Assembly (NCBI RefSeq): GCF_018350175.1
Contig: NC_058368.1
Span: 103,852,001-103,916,000 of the forward strand
DNA: 64,000 bases
Direction: 5' to 3'
Source: Felis catus
Taxonomy: Eukaryota
The notes beneath the pieces were generated by a model, which worked only from the letters and a program-made list of their open reading frames with translations, did no database searches and was not told the DNA's origin. Position numbers and translations under genes: made by a program. Below, one piece after another: positions 10,258 through 23,799 of the stretch; the stretch's first letter is position 1; each line of letters begins with the position of its first letter.

Positions 10258-12919
10258 GAATCATTTGTGAAGATTTTAAGCCTACAGATGACCTGACCTT
10301 TCCCCAGGCCAATTAAATCAGAAGGTCCAGAGCATTGCACAAGCGAATGTAACATGCAGACAGGGTTAAAAGCCATTGCTCTAGCTCAGTGACTCTCAGT
10401 GTGCCATCCCGGGCTGGCATCACTGGCAGTTTGTTTTTATGCTAACAGGTAAAATTATGCTATAGGATAAAACGAACTCCGTGTTTCCCTTGACTCTCAT
10501 TACAGTAACAGAGGTGTCTCCACCCATGGGAAAATGACCCAAGAGGCAGAGTTTGGGCAAGATAGATTTAATAAACTATCTATCAGAAGACGTTTACCAT
10601 AGAAACACGGCTGTGTGATACTTAAGCCACAGGATTTCCTCTACCTGTCTCCATTTTCCTTCATTGGAGCCACCTCCATCGTTCTTGGTCTGCAAGCATT
10701 TTCCCTAAACTTGAAAGTCTACTGAATGAGCACTCCCACGTCTCAGATTTAGCTTCCCACCATGACCTAGAGAGTTGCCTCTCAAAGAGCTATAATGTTT
10801 CAACACCCTATCCTTAGATGCTTTTATCACATAGTCTAAGTCTTGCTGGAGCTCCCCAGCCTTGAATTAAGTATCGGCCTCCCGTTTGCACTCATTAAAT
10901 TGGACTCACAACGTTGGCAAAAGAATGTCAGGATGCTGTTTTGTTAATTTCAAATAATTTATAGAAAAAAATTTTATTGGAATGGATACTCTGAAAACGT
11001 TGTGGTCCGGATTTTCTAACATTTACTTTTTAAAATTATCTTAATCACAGTAATTATTTTTCTAATGTTACATTAAAAGTGGCAGTTTAAAATGTTGGAC
11101 AGGAAGAAGATGTAATTTAATGAAGGGCATCTTTCTCCACATTGACATGGATGTTAAATCTTTTTTTTTTTTTAAGATTCTAATGTGGCCTAATTACTTT
11201 AATTTAAAATTCTGGGTATGCATGTTTTATTCATGACTTTCTAGATGATTGAGAAAGTTTTTGCAGCTCCTTTGAAGCTCTAACTTTGGAAATATAACAA
11301 ATAATGAAGCCATCATATTTTCAAAATGCTCAGATAGAGGAGACTTTTGAAAGACAGAGTAATTGTGAATCAAAGCCTAATCAGCTGCTGTGAAATGAGT
11401 TTTTAATTATGACATTGCCCCTGATATGCTGGAGTTCAGCAAGGTTAGGAAAATGACCTCACACACATTTCCTCTGAAAGGGTAGAATGTTTTTTCCCTC
11501 GCAGCACATCACCTTGAATATTCAGAAACTAAGTTGTTCTGCTTCCCGTGAAAAACCTCTTAGAAACATTTTTTCACACCGACCTTTGACTAATCTCACA
11601 CACAAAAAACGAAAAGTGTCACTCATTGCTTCTCTTACTAAAATGCATTATCTTTGCATGGACATAATGGCTTCTGAGTCAGAATACTCACCAACTCCCA
11701 CTGGAAAATTCGCATTTTCCAAAGTCGTTTGTAAGTTTATTAAAGAGGATATGAGAAAGGGTGCTCAAAGCCTAAATCTTTAGATTTCAGAGTTCTGGAT
11801 CAAAATAACTGGTTTTATTTCAGGGGGCCAAAGATAATACAGATTTTCCATTCCAGAGAAGTGTGGGTTTACACAAGGGATCTCTCTGGACAGTCAGTAC
11901 CTGACGTCTCTTGAAGTCAAGTTCAACTCAAATTCCCATTTTTAGCAAGTAGTAATCTGCTTGAGTTGAGAGCAGAAGAGACATGATGTACACAACTTCT
12001 CAAACCTCCAGTCTCCAGGGTAGATATTTACACCTATATTCTAATTTCTGGTTACTAACTCAAACTGAGAGATCAGAGCTTAAACATTTACAGTTAGTTC
12101 CCTAAGAATCCAAAGAAAATGAGTACACCAGCACATGTCCAAAGCAAAATCAAAAGACTTGATTTCAATTCCATTACCAGTTTTCCTTTAGATTGGGGGG
12201 GCGGGGGGGGGGCGGTGTGCATAGGGGACTCCAGCCAAATGAAAATCTAGGTTCTACAAAGAAATGAGCACTCACATCTCAACATCTTCTAAAGCTCTCT
12301 CCAGATAACTGTGAACCATGTTACCAATGTGATTTTTAAGGAAGGGCATTTAACTCATTTATTTGAAAGTCAAAACCTCTCCAGTTCCTTAAATACATAT
12401 ATTCAATCAAATCAAAGAAACAGGTGTAGATGTTGCATGAAGCATGACTCAGAGCTGCTACTGACAGTTTTCCCTTCTGAGGAATGCAAACAACCACAGG
12501 CTCGTTTAATGAGAATAAGTAGGACCCTGAAATAAGTGTTACTTATAGAAGAGTCGTCATTAACATGCTGCACCAGAGGTGTGATTTGCATGAGCTCTGA
12601 TTGCATTTGCTGGCTGTTCACGTATCTGTGCTGAATCAATGCCACTACATCAACACACAGGTTATCTTTTCCCCTCACTTTAGAATGGACTCAAATTCTG
12701 ATTGAGAAATACAGCCCACGTGTCTCTCTACCACATGCTTTGTGTGAGCTACTTCTTGGCTGAAAAGGGAGATCAGTCAAATCTTACGCAACATTTCTAA
12801 CGCTGAACAAACCCGTGTCGTTTATTTCTTGAAAATGCTATCTGTGAAATGATCTGATATCTCTGCCATTGGAGATGAGTGCCATAAGAGCCAGCAGATT
12901 TACTAGAAACAATAAAGGT

Positions 12920-13125
12920 TAGCATTTATTGAGCAGTTACTAAGTGCCAGATCCTAAGATAAGCATTTAATCTCTCATTGAACTTTCCCGCAGCTGCTGT
13001 TAATAACCTCAGGTTGATAGGTGAGCAAACCTAGGCTTAAAGGGTGAACTTGCCCAATATCATAGGCTCTTCATTTGTGCAGTCAAGACTTGAACTCTGA
13101 AGTCCATGCTCTTAAACATACATTT
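12920..13125 (+). mobile_element. MIR
   Basis: AGCATTTATTGAGCAGTTACTAAGTGCCAG..AGGTGAGCAAACCTAGGCTTAAAGGGTGAACTTGCCCAA. Confidence 0.7.
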
Positions 13126-14514
13126 TCCAGAAGCTGAATAGTCAACGTTCTCAGATTATGCAGACCCAACCGAAGTTAAATTAAAGACCTGCTCTGCTGA
13201 AAAGTGAAACTTCAGAAGTAAGACCACCTCATGGAGACAAAAATCCTTCAGAGGTGTCCTCAGCGTCTGCAAACCAAACTGACCCCTCCATGACACCAAG
13301 TCCAGAACAGGACCTGAATTCCCACGCCCACACAACTGCATCTTGGTTATTCACATCCCGGGCACCCCCTGCTCCAGCCCTTAACTTCCAACCACAAGAA
13401 AGGAAAATTTACAAAAAGAAAACAAAATGATGCTTTTCCCAATGCACTGAAGCTCTGTTTCTGTTCAGAATTTCTCCTGTAGACACTGAAAACAGAGTGA
13501 GGAGTTCGTGAGAACCTTGTAAGCTAGTAACAATAACAGAACTGAAGAATTCCCCCCAATTCTTATTAAGCCATATTGACCACCTATACAACTGTACGGA
13601 TAGTGCTAAACGCAAACATGTCTTCCCATACACACAGATACACCTATGTACATTAACACTAAGCTGATGGGCAGCCGTGCAATTAGAAATCAACCAACGT
13701 GCACGTGGAGGGCTTCTGTTGCACACGGCTATGGTCCCAGGTCCACCCACACTCTGTTGGAATACAAGCAAGGCATTTGAGTATAATCTACTTCTCTAAA
13801 AAAGATTTTTAAAACTCAACTACTGTGAGCCCTAGCCTTTGTCAGAATGTGGAGGGCTTCCCTTGCCACAGATACCAAATACGGCAGTAACTGCAATTGC
13901 TAGAAGCTGTTCTCTGCTGAAACACACCTGTTACAACAACTGCAAAAAAAAATCCAGATTAAAATAAGGGATCATTCTATGTAATTAAGAGATATTTGTG
14001 TGGCTGAATTAGAAACATATCGGCTCATCAATAACATACACTACGTTCCACAATGAAGACTATTGCTTCTGGATATATCTGCCAAGTCCCATCAATTCAA
14101 TCCACAAATATTTACTGAGTACCTACTAGGAGTATGGCACAAGGACGGACACTAGGGGATATAACATCATGAAGACAGGTGCTGCAGCAGCCCCTGCCTT
14201 CCCGCCCACCAAAATCATCCGCGTAGATAAAGTGAGATACGAACAGTAAGCAGAGCAGGCGAACACGTCTAACTAAGCCTGGTCAGGACTCTGTCTCCCC
14301 ACCTCGGGTTGGTTTACAGGCTCTTACTTTGGAGCACTCTGCATGAAGCTACTTAGGGAGGCCAGGCAGTAGTGTGGTACACATCATGGATGGAAGGACT
14401 CTCCTCAATGGAGCAGAGACTGTGTGGTCTGAATACAGGATGCACAGTGCCGTTAGACCGCAAACAGTCTCTCTTTTTTTTGTAAGATATGCGAATGAAG
14501 TGCTGGTGTGTTCA

Positions 14515-14529
14515 CCAAGAGGTGGCACC
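14515..14529 (+). promoter_or_regulatory. Candidate CTCF motif
   Basis: CCAAGAGGTGGCACC, imperfect match to core CCASYAGRKGGCRS. Confidence 0.35.
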
Positions 14530-14837
14530 TAGGTTCGTTCTGAGGAAATAAATGTACAGAGTCTTATGCACAGGGCCCTGCATCTACATACAGGAGAGCT
14601 TTTTTGAACTCACACAGCTGTATGCAAGTCGCGCCAATTAGTTAAGACTCTGTCAACAGCTTGGATTTTTTTTTTCACTTGTACATTTGAGACTTTTTGT
14701 TTTGGAAGATTAAAGTATGAAAGCTGCATACGCTGAGTTGGGAATGGGGAAAAAGAGCTCGTAAAAGGCAGTTGCTATCTAGAGGATGGCCTGTCTAGAA
14801 AATCGTACTGGGCTTGCTCTTAAAAATAAACTGAATT

Positions 14838-15065
14838 GGGATGCCTGGATGGCTCAGTCGGTGAAGCATCCGACTTCGGCTCCTAACTTCGGCTCAGGCC
14901 ATGATCTCGCGGTTCATGGGTTCGAGCCCTGCATTGGGCTCTGTGCTGACAGCTCAGAGCCTGGAACCTGCTTTGGATTCTGTGTCCCCCTCCCTTCCTG
15001 CCCCTCCCCTGCTTGCACTCTCTCTCTCTCTCTCTCTCTCAAAAGTAGACATTAACAAAATATAT
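14838..15065 (+). mobile_element. Can-SINE with a small internal duplication
   Basis: ACTTCGGCTC occurs twice in the head; otherwise a typical body and tail. Confidence 0.9.
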
Positions 15066-16234
15066 AAAGAACAGAATATTTCCATTCACAGTCAAGAGTC
15101 TAATGAGCATCAGGTAGGTTGGCTATAAAGACTTCCTCCCTCTGCACTGGGCCTGTTAGCTAAATGGCTCCTCTGTCTCACTGCCTCACTCCTCCCCTCA
15201 TTAATGCCCCCAAATATGAAACACATCCCTCTCTCCCACGTCACACAAATGCTGTAGGAGGGATGTGATGCAAACATAACCAACCCTCCCTCTCCACCTG
15301 CACATTCTAATAGAACTCTTGGCTTCTGTTTATACGGGTTTCTTGTAAAACCTTTTTTACCTGGTGCCTGGCCTCCAGCCTCTACCTCTGAAAGTCACCC
15401 TAAACCACCACCTGGTTAATCTTCCCTCAACAATGATTGCAGCCTCCATTTACTCATCACTGCTGGCAGAGTAAAATCCAAAACTCTTTAATACGGCGTC
15501 TAAGCCCCACCATGTCAAGGCCCCTGGGGAACTACATGACAGCGGTGCCCCCTATCAAGGTCATTGTGAAGGTCAAGGACACATGAAACATGCCCACATA
15601 TAACTCCAAATACACCTAGGGAGACAGCGTGTCCCCAGGGACATACAGACAAGCCTCATGTCGCTCTGTACATGTACATGAGCAAGCCTGGGTCTGTTTC
15701 TAACCTTGTCTGCTCTTTTCTGGGGGGCATCTCCCCTAATGAAGGCACCGAAGACTCATCTCTTAATTTTTTTTCTCATGTCTCATAAATTAACAGGAAA
15801 AGACCCACAAGCATTAAACAATTTGAAAAATGTCAAGATGACGTAGGTTTCCCTAAATTGCTAAGAGTTGTATAGAAGAGAATTCTCATTTGAAATGTAC
15901 ATGACTAGTCCTACTTCCCCCGAAGCCACGCAGGAATCATTATTCTGCAAAAATGTAAGTAGAGCACATCCTGGCTCTGCCTTCCCCCAACTTCCGACAT
16001 TGGCTTCCCTCTTGTCTATTCTACTCCTGTCTTTATTACCCAGGATTTTAGCAGAATTGCTAAAGCTTGAGAATATTTTAGCGTTGGCATTTTTGAAAAA
16101 TAACCACGCAACTTCCTGGAGCGCAATGCGGTGTAACCCACCAAACTTGGAAGTCCTTGAGAGTAAACACTGTTTTAATTATATCTGTAGCTTCACTTTC
16201 TACCCAATTGCCGGGTCATCATTAGGGTAAGAAC

Positions 16235-16445
16235 AGGATGGGGAAAGCATGCGGTGGAAGGCAGGGATTTCAGCCCTTAATCTGTCACCTGCTGACTGTG
16301 ATTTGGAGCAAAGCCCTTAACCTAACTCAGCCTGAGTTTGCTCAACTGCTAAAGAGAGGTTGTGATACCAGCTGCTTCACAGGACGTTGTTCTGAGGACT
16401 AAATGCGATAATGTATTACAATGTGGTTTATAAATGATAAGCACT
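16235..16445 (-). mobile_element. MIR
   Basis: CTGTGATTTGGAGCAAAGCCCTTAACCTAACTCAGCCTGAGTTTGCTCAACTG..AGGACGTTGTTCTGAGGACTAAATG. Confidence 0.7.
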
Positions 16446-17546
16446 GCATGATATAAGTTATGATCGCTCCCGAGTACAGGCTTAAAGTCATAAAATGAGT
16501 AGAAAATAAGACAGAGCTGACTGCAAAACAAACATCTCAATCACGAGTGACAATGCCAAAACCTGAAAAACATCTTATCCATCCGAAAGTCTTCCGGGAG
16601 CCTATCTCTACAAGAGAAGGGGAAATAAAAGAAGAAAATGCCTTGCAACTGTGGCAAACTGGATTTGGCTCCTATTCCACTAAGAGAATTGGCCAAATCC
16701 AACAATAAATGGAAACAAATACTTTTGTTTTAGAAGTATGCAGTCAATATGTCAAAGTCATTTGGATTAGACTAACCCTCTCAATGAAAACAAGTATAAA
16801 AGATGGATAAAATACACAAAAGAGATATTGGGAGTCCTTAGAGATCAAGTAGGTGAGCCAGAACTTGAAGGACTAAATCCCAGACAGCAAAGGAATGTGG
16901 TGCGTGTGTCATAGGTAATTTTGGCATTAGCCTCCACGTTTACCCCCATACCATTTTCTGACTCACTGCATGAGAAATGAGCCAAACTCAAAGCAGTGGC
17001 CTGGAACTTGCAGCAGTCTCACTGAAGACGACTGATTGACTGATTGATTGACTGATTGATTGATAACCAAATTTAAAGATTCCACAGGCAAATTTAATAG
17101 CATATGAAAAAAGAACAAAAAGGATCATTGACAAAATGGAAGGTAGGTCTGCAGGAATGTCTGCTTGAATCATGAACAGAAAAATGGAAGGAAAATACAG
17201 AAAAGAGCATCAGATACCGAGGAACACATCTTTCAATGTTCTAACATACATATGATTAGAATCTCAGAAGGAACGAGGAAAGAATGGGACACGAGCAAAT
17301 GGAAGGCACAAATTACCAATGTGGGAAATGAAATGGGAGATGTTCCTACAGATATTACAGATCCTTAAAAAGATAAGAGGATAGTGTGAAATGACACAAT
17401 ATTCGTGGATTAGAGTCTCAGTGTTGGACAGATATCATTCGCCCCCACATTGATCTAATGATTCAATACAATCATAATCAAAATTTCAGAAAGACAGTGT
17501 GTGGAAACTTAAAAAGGTGTTTTAAGATGAATATAAAAAAAAACAA

Positions 17547-17975
17547 AGGTGCGCGCTTGGGTGTCTCAGTCGGTTAAGTGTCCAACTCTTGACTTCAGCT
17601 CAGGTCGTGATCTCATGGTTCTTGGGTTCGAGCCCCATGTCGAGCTCTGTGCTGGCAATGTGGGAGACTGCTTGGTATTCTCTCTTTCTCCCCTTCTCTC
17701 TGCCCCTCCCCTGCTCTCTCTCTCAAAATAAATAAATAAACATTTAAAATAAAAGACTAGGGACAAGAGTAGCAAAGACAATTTTAGAGAAGAAAAACCA
17801 CATTGGAGGGTTTATAGCAGAAGATATAGGACGTATTAAGATAAGCTATAAAATTATAACAATTGGGACCCCTGGCTGGCTCAGTCAATCAGCATGTGAC
17901 TCTTGATCTTGGTGTCCTGAGTTCGAGCCCACGTTGTTCATAGAGTTTACGTTAAAAAAAATTTTTTTAATTAAA
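17547..17975 (+). mobile_element. Two Can-SINEs (~17547-17755 full; ~17864-17975 short type)
   Basis: Typical heads, GTTCGAGCCC B-box-like motif, A-rich tails. Confidence 0.88.
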
Positions 17976-18577
17976 AATAAGTGGCAAAATTATAACAGTT
18001 AAAATAGTGCATTATTGGCCCAAAGACAACAGATCAACAAAACTGAGTCCAGAAACCAGCGTATACATATATGGTCCGATAAGTGCCATCACAATGCAAT
18101 ACAGTTAAACAATATTTAGAATAAATGATGTTGGATCTTTGGATATCCACATAGGAAAAAAGTTACTATTGAAACCATAATACTACATATATCATAATAC
18201 CAAATATATATATATATATCAGTTCAGGTTAGATCATAGCTCTGAATATAAAAGACAAATAATAAAGCTTCTTGGGGCTAACACAGAATATATTTAGGAT
18301 ATTAGCGTAAATCAAGATTACTTACATAGGATATGGAAGGAACATAAAGAAAAACAGTAACAAATTTAATTTCATTACAAAAAAGAAAGTCACTACAGCA
18401 AAAAATACCATTATAAGAGTGAAAGAGGCAAGCCAACAAGTGGAAAAAGATATTTGCAATATTCATTTCCAAGAACTCACTTCTAGAATATATATAAAGA
18501 AATATTACAAATCCACCAGAAAAAGACAGGAAAGCCAAATTTCAAAAATTGAACAAAAACTCTCGAATAGGTATTTT

Positions 18578-18579
<2 letters not shown>

Positions 18580-18621
<42 letters not shown>

Positions 18622-18692
18622 TTTGGGAGTGTGTGTATATATATATGCATGTGTATGTATGTGTATATATATGCATGTATGTACATGTATAT
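18580..18692. repeat. (TG)n / (TA,TG) compound microsatellite
   Basis: Direct reading. Confidence 0.9.
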
Positions 18693-18938
18693 ATTCTCCA
18701 GATTGCCTAATAAGTACATGAAAAGATGTTTAGCATAATTCATCATAAGGAAAATGAGATACCACTACAATATCACATTTTTTAAATGACAATACCAAAC
18801 GTTAGTGAAGACTTCAATCATCAGGAACACTAGCAATGGGAGTGTAAGCTAGTAAAACCACTTCAGAAAACATTCTGTCAGTACCTGCCAAAGCTAAACA
18901 TATGAATCCCTATTATCTGACAACTTTTCAACATAAAA

Positions 18939-18939
<1 letters not shown>

Positions 18940-18981
<42 letters not shown>

Positions 18982-19003
18982 TGTATATATATATATATAT
19001 ATA
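18940..19003. repeat. (TA)n microsatellite
   Basis: Direct reading. Confidence 0.95.
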
Positions 19004-19104
19004 TGAAAGACATATATATGAGAATGTTCACAGCAGCCTATGCATAAGTTTTCAAAGCCAAAACCAATCCAAACATGCATTAACAATATAAACGGTGGAA
19101 TAGT

Positions 19105-19341
19105 CTTTTTTTTAATTTTTTTAATTTTTTTAAATGTTTATTTCTTTTTGAGAGACAGAGAGAGACATGGCATGAGTGGGGGAGGGGCAGAGAGAGAGGG
19201 AGACACATAATCTGAAGCAGGCTCCAGGCTCTGAGCTGTCATCAGAGAGCGCAATGCAGGGCTTGAACTCACGAACTGTGACATCACGACCTGTGCTGAA
19301 GTCAGAAGTTCGCTCAGCCGACTGAGCCACCCAGGTGCCCC
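19105..19341 (-). mobile_element. Can-SINE
   Basis: Reverse-oriented head ..ACTGAGCCACCCAGGTGCCCC with T-rich tail at left. Confidence 0.9.
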
Positions 19342-19360
19342 TGAATAAAACACTGTGCCA

Positions 19361-19522
19361 CAGGGATCAGCAAACTATAGCCCGTGGATCAAATCCACCC
19401 ATGCCCATTTATGGTATTGTCTAAGGCTGCAGAGTCCTATAGCTGCAACATACAACGTAGAGCCTACAAGGCTGAAAATACTTACTAACTAAACCTTTAC
19501 AGAAGAAGTGTGCCAACCTCTG
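19361..19522. mobile_element. MER58-like hAT element
   Basis: Ends CAGGGATCAGCAAAC.. and ..GTGTGCCAACCTCTG are imperfect terminal inverted repeats. Confidence 0.75.
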
Positions 19523-20089
19523 CTATACAGCATACTTCTACTACCACACAGAACAAACCCCAGGAGATGTCATACTGGTGGGGGAAAGCCAGACATGAAA
19601 GAACACACGTTATGATTTAATTTATACAAAGTTCAAACACAACTAAAATTAACAGAAGTCAGCCAGAAGTGACAGAGGCCACAAGGCTGGTTACATTTCA
19701 GGAAACATAACAACTTGTAAGAGCAACAGTGGAACTGACCACTCTCTTGAAACGTGACCCTGTCATTTAAAGCAAGCAGAACTATAGAGAAGTACCCACA
19801 CTTGACTAACCTTTCCCACCACACCGTGCAGGCCCCTAGTAAATCTCTCAGAGGGTCAGATCACTCGCCTCCCAAGTTGGAAAGACAAAATGAAGCAAAA
19901 TCAATCATTCAATAGCTGCTGGGTAGTTTAGATAGAACCTTGTCACAAATCTCTTCTGATCCCTATAGGTTTTGACTTCTTTATATTTGAACAGTAGGAA
20001 AAAAAAACCAGTAGGAGCAAGGAAAAACAAACAAACAAACAAAAAAACACAACAAAGAACTACAAGAATCTAAACTAAATAGTATTTCA

Positions 20090-20279
20090 GGGGTACCTGG
20101 GTGGCTCAGCCGGTCAAGCTTCCAACTTGGGCTCAGGTCATAATCTCCCAGTTTGTGGGTTTGAGCCCTGCATCAGGCTCTATGCTGACAGATCAGAGCC
20201 TGGAGCCTGCTTTGGATTCTGTGTGTCCCTCTCTCTCTGCCCCTCCCCTGCTCATTCTCTGTCTCTCTCTCTCTCTGTC

Positions 20280-20311
<32 letters not shown>

Positions 20312-20337
20312 AAAAATAAATAAACATTAAAAAAAAT
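20090..20337 (+). mobile_element. Can-SINE
   Basis: Full head, body and tail. Confidence 0.9.
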
Positions 20338-21675
20338 GTAACGTGCTTTCAGTATCAACTAAAAGAATATGTCCATCCCAAATCCACCCCCTTATTGAGA
20401 TGAGTGAATGGAATATTCCCTGAAGCTCGGAAGAGTATTGATTTTGGAACAATAATTAAAATCTAATGGACTTAATCAGTTTCACATAGAACTATAAATT
20501 TCATCTCAAGACATGATAAATCGCTGAATAAGAATATCTGACTGCTCATCTACTCAATTTTTAAAAATTCAGATTCCATTTTCTGACAATGTTATTCACT
20601 TTAACTGAGAGAAATATTCATACCATCTGAATTGCTGGACATTTTATTCTAAGAAGGGGAGGGAAAAAAGAATCATTTGGTTCTTTATGGGGGTCAAATT
20701 ATACATCAAATAAAGTATGAAGTTCCTTCACCAGATACATTTCATAAAGTTAAATGGTTCTTTCAAGATTATGCTGACAATAGAGTCTTCAGTCTTTGTT
20801 ATAATATAGCCTACGACCTCACTAATAAGGATAATAATGTATCATCAAAAAATGCTGTTAATTGAAAACTGCAAGTCTAATTAAGCAGGGATGTGACCAT
20901 GCATAACATATTATTAATGGAATGATAAGATTGCATTACACCAACTGCTACAAGGAAAAAACTACAAGGACGGTCCACAGTTCAAAGAGTCTTCACATCC
21001 ATTTTGGCAAAAGTTACTGATGATATTTTCCTTTCATTAAACTGTAGGCTTCATAGCAAAATGACTTAAAACCAGAAGAAGAAAGTAGAGCCAGATTTAA
21101 AAGATGGGTCACAGGGCAGCTGCTTGGGATTCAATCTATAAAGAGTCCCCACACACGGCTGGAAGACATCAGAAATACGGGGCCAATTAACTCGTGTTTC
21201 CACGTGAAACTCTTTACATAACGGGTAAAATGTAAATCGGCCCCACTCCCAAAGAATTAGTTCCCTCTAATGAAAAATATAAATACTCCATCCTAGTGCT
21301 CACCTCTTTCCACGGAGTATTTTGTGATACACGCAGGCACATTCAGGAAGCTTGGGGGTCACTACTAGGCCTGGAACCAAACCTGGAAACAGCCAGCCGA
21401 TAGTTACCGGAAGTCAGCAGTTACAGGCAATTAAATTTCAACACTGAAAGAACATGTGGTACAGAACTGCCTCTAGAGAAAAACGGATTTATTTTATTGC
21501 CTAAATTTTAAATTCCATGCCTCCTAGGACGCCCCCTTGTAACGGGAAAAGCCTTTTTAAAGATCTAACAAGTAAACTGCACTACAGGAAAATGGAACTC
21601 ATTTTGCTGACATTAAAAGAAAGTATCCAGGCCAAGATGATACACTGACAGCATGTTAAGATCTCCCCCTTCCAG

Positions 21676-21898
21676 GGGCACCTGGGTGGCTCAGTCGGTT
21701 AAGCGTCCGACTTCAGCTCAGGTCATGATCTCACAGTCCGTGAGTTCAAGCCCCGCGTCGGGCTCTGTGCTGACAGCTCAGAGCCTGGGGCCTGCTTCTG
21801 GTTCTGTGTGTCCCTCTCTCTCTGCCCCTCCCCTGCTCATGCTCTGTCTCTCTCTGTCTCAAAAATAAATAAAAAACATTAAAAAAATTAAAAAAAAA
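21676..21898 (+). mobile_element. Can-SINE (young, perfect TSD)
   Basis: 18 bp TSD AAGATCTCCCCCTTCCAG at 21658-21675 and 21899-21916. Confidence 0.95.
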
Positions 21899-22154
21899 AA
21901 GATCTCCCCCTTCCAGCAGCTAGTACTTAAATGTTAGATTAAAGACAAAGATACAGATATGTAAACATATTTACTTGTTGAGGACAAGAAAGGAAAGCCT
22001 CCAAGAGTTGGAAATAGAGAGGAACTCACTAATAGATACTAAAGACTCACAGCTCAAAGGAATTTGGGTGTGAGTTTGGGATACTGAGACTAAGGCCTCA
22101 CCGGTCTCGCAGGATTGCTTACAAATATAACGCCATCCAGGATAGGTAGCGCAA

Positions 22155-22370
22155 GGGCGCCTAGGTGGCTCAATCGATAAAGCCTCTGACTCTTGGATTC
22201 AGCTTCGGTCATGATCTAGAGGTTCATGATTTCAACCCCCCCGGTGTGCCCTATGCTGACAGCACAGAGCCTATGGGGGTCCTCTCTCTTCCCCTCTGCC
22301 CCTTCTCCACTCATGCACACATGTGTGTTCTCTCTCTCATTCTCACTCTCTCAAAATAAAGAAACTTTCA
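22155..22370 (+). mobile_element. Can-SINE (older, diverged)
   Basis: GGGCGCCTAGGTGGCTCAATC.. CT-rich body and tail. Confidence 0.85.
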
Positions 22371-22726
22371 AAATATAGATATGCATAATGAATTTCCTTT
22401 TAGAAAATATGAATAATGAATTTGTGTATCAGAATATAGTCACAGAAAAGGAAAAACATCTTACTTGATACAGTACAAATTTTCTTGTTTAGCAATATCA
22501 AGGCTCAATCGTCATTATTGTCCTACAATTCAAAATCTAAGACCACTGTTTAATCTCTGTTAACCACTGTCCTCACATCTTAGCCTTCTTACTGAATTTA
22601 CTTTCTTACTAAACTTACTAAGCTTACTAAAGATTTTCATTTCAAGATCAGAGTCTGACGATGAACTGCAGAAAACTGTATTACTATTCCCACATATGCA
22701 CAGTCATACATAAGAATTCAAAGCAC

Positions 22727-22951
22727 TTTTTTTTACTTCTTTTTTAACATTTATTCATTTTTTGAGAGACAGAGAGAGACACAGCATGAGCGGAGGAGGG
22801 GCAAAGAGAGAGGGAGACACAGAATCCGAAGCAGGCTCCAGGCTCTGAGCTGTCAGCACAGAGCCCGATATAGGGCTCGAACCCACCAACCTTGAGATCA
22901 TGATCTGAACCAAAGTCGGACACTTAACCGACTGAGCCACCCAGGCGCTCC
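22727..22951 (-). mobile_element. Can-SINE
   Basis: Reverse-oriented full element. Confidence 0.9.
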
Positions 22952-23579
22952 TAGACTATTCTAAATAAAACTAAATTTAAAACAAAATTTTTAAAAATGA
23001 AATAAACAGAAAAACAGCTTTTCCAATTTCTTATATAAAACAATGTTAACAGAACAGTTCAGCAAAGACAGTTTTTCACCTTGAAGAGAAAGCTTGTAGC
23101 TGTAATTTTTACTTCTGAATAAGTTCTTCTGCCTGTATTGTAGGTGCTTCAATCTAATTGAAAATGAAACATCTCCAAGTTGGAGAAACAAAGTGACATT
23201 CAGAGCCTAAGGCTTGACTCCCACGTAATTCCACCAGTAATATTTTTATGGCTGCAGAAAGCAGAAAAACACAGATATTTTGGCTTGTAGTATTAAATTT
23301 AATTCATAAAGTTTAGTAGCCATACTTCCGAGGACAGAGAAAAGTCAGCTTCCAATACGGTTAGTCCAGAAAAAGAAAGATATATTGCTGGTGCAAAAAT
23401 TGCCTACTCAAAATTTCAAAGTATAGGCTTTAGGGCTCTGAAACATGGGAAGATATAAATACTTTATTATACATCTCATATTGCAAAAGTATCAAAAAGA
23501 TTTCCTTGGGTTAATACAGCTACCTAAAATCAAAGAACAAAATAACAGAACAAAGAATGAAGGGAGTTTTTTTATTTTT

Positions 23580-23799
23580 TTTAAATATTTTTTTTTAACG
23601 TTTATTTATTTTTCAGACAGAGAGAGACAGAGCATGAACGGGGAAGGGGCAGAGAGAGAGGGAGGCACAGAATCGGAAACAGGCTCCAGGCTCTGAGCCA
23701 TCAACCCAGAGCCTGACGCGGGGCTCGAACTCACGGACCGCGAGATCGTGACCTGAGGCGAAGTCGGACGCCCAACCGACTGAGCCACCCAGGCGCCCC
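23580..23799 (-). mobile_element. Can-SINE (young SINEC_Fc type)
   Basis: CpG-rich GACGCGGGGCTCGAACTCACGGACCGCGAGATCGTGACC; flanked by AGTTTTTTTATTTTT on both sides. Confidence 0.93.

Larger units (their letters stand above)
16730..19700 (+). mobile_element. Highly decayed L1M(E) remnants, interrupted by SINEs, microsatellites and a MER58-like element
   Basis: L1-like blocks ATTACAGATCCTTAAAAGATAAGAGG, ATTCAATACAATCATAATCAAAATTTCAG, GAAAAAGATATTTGCAATA, AGAATGTTCACAGCAGCC, AAGCCAGACATGAAAGAACACAC. Confidence 0.7.

Noticed and set aside
11690..11771. Minus-strand exon candidate ALSTLSHILFNKLTNDFGKCEFSSGS with a GTGAGT donor
   Set aside because: The acceptor lacks a pyrimidine tract and the peptide is unrecognised.
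22464..22522. Minus-strand AG..GTAAGA segment
   Set aside because: Stop codons in all three frames and a weak acceptor.
22604..22631. Three CTTACTAA units resembling branch-point or QKI motifs
   Set aside because: Explained by a short tandem duplication; no ACTAAY match and no supported plus-strand transcript.
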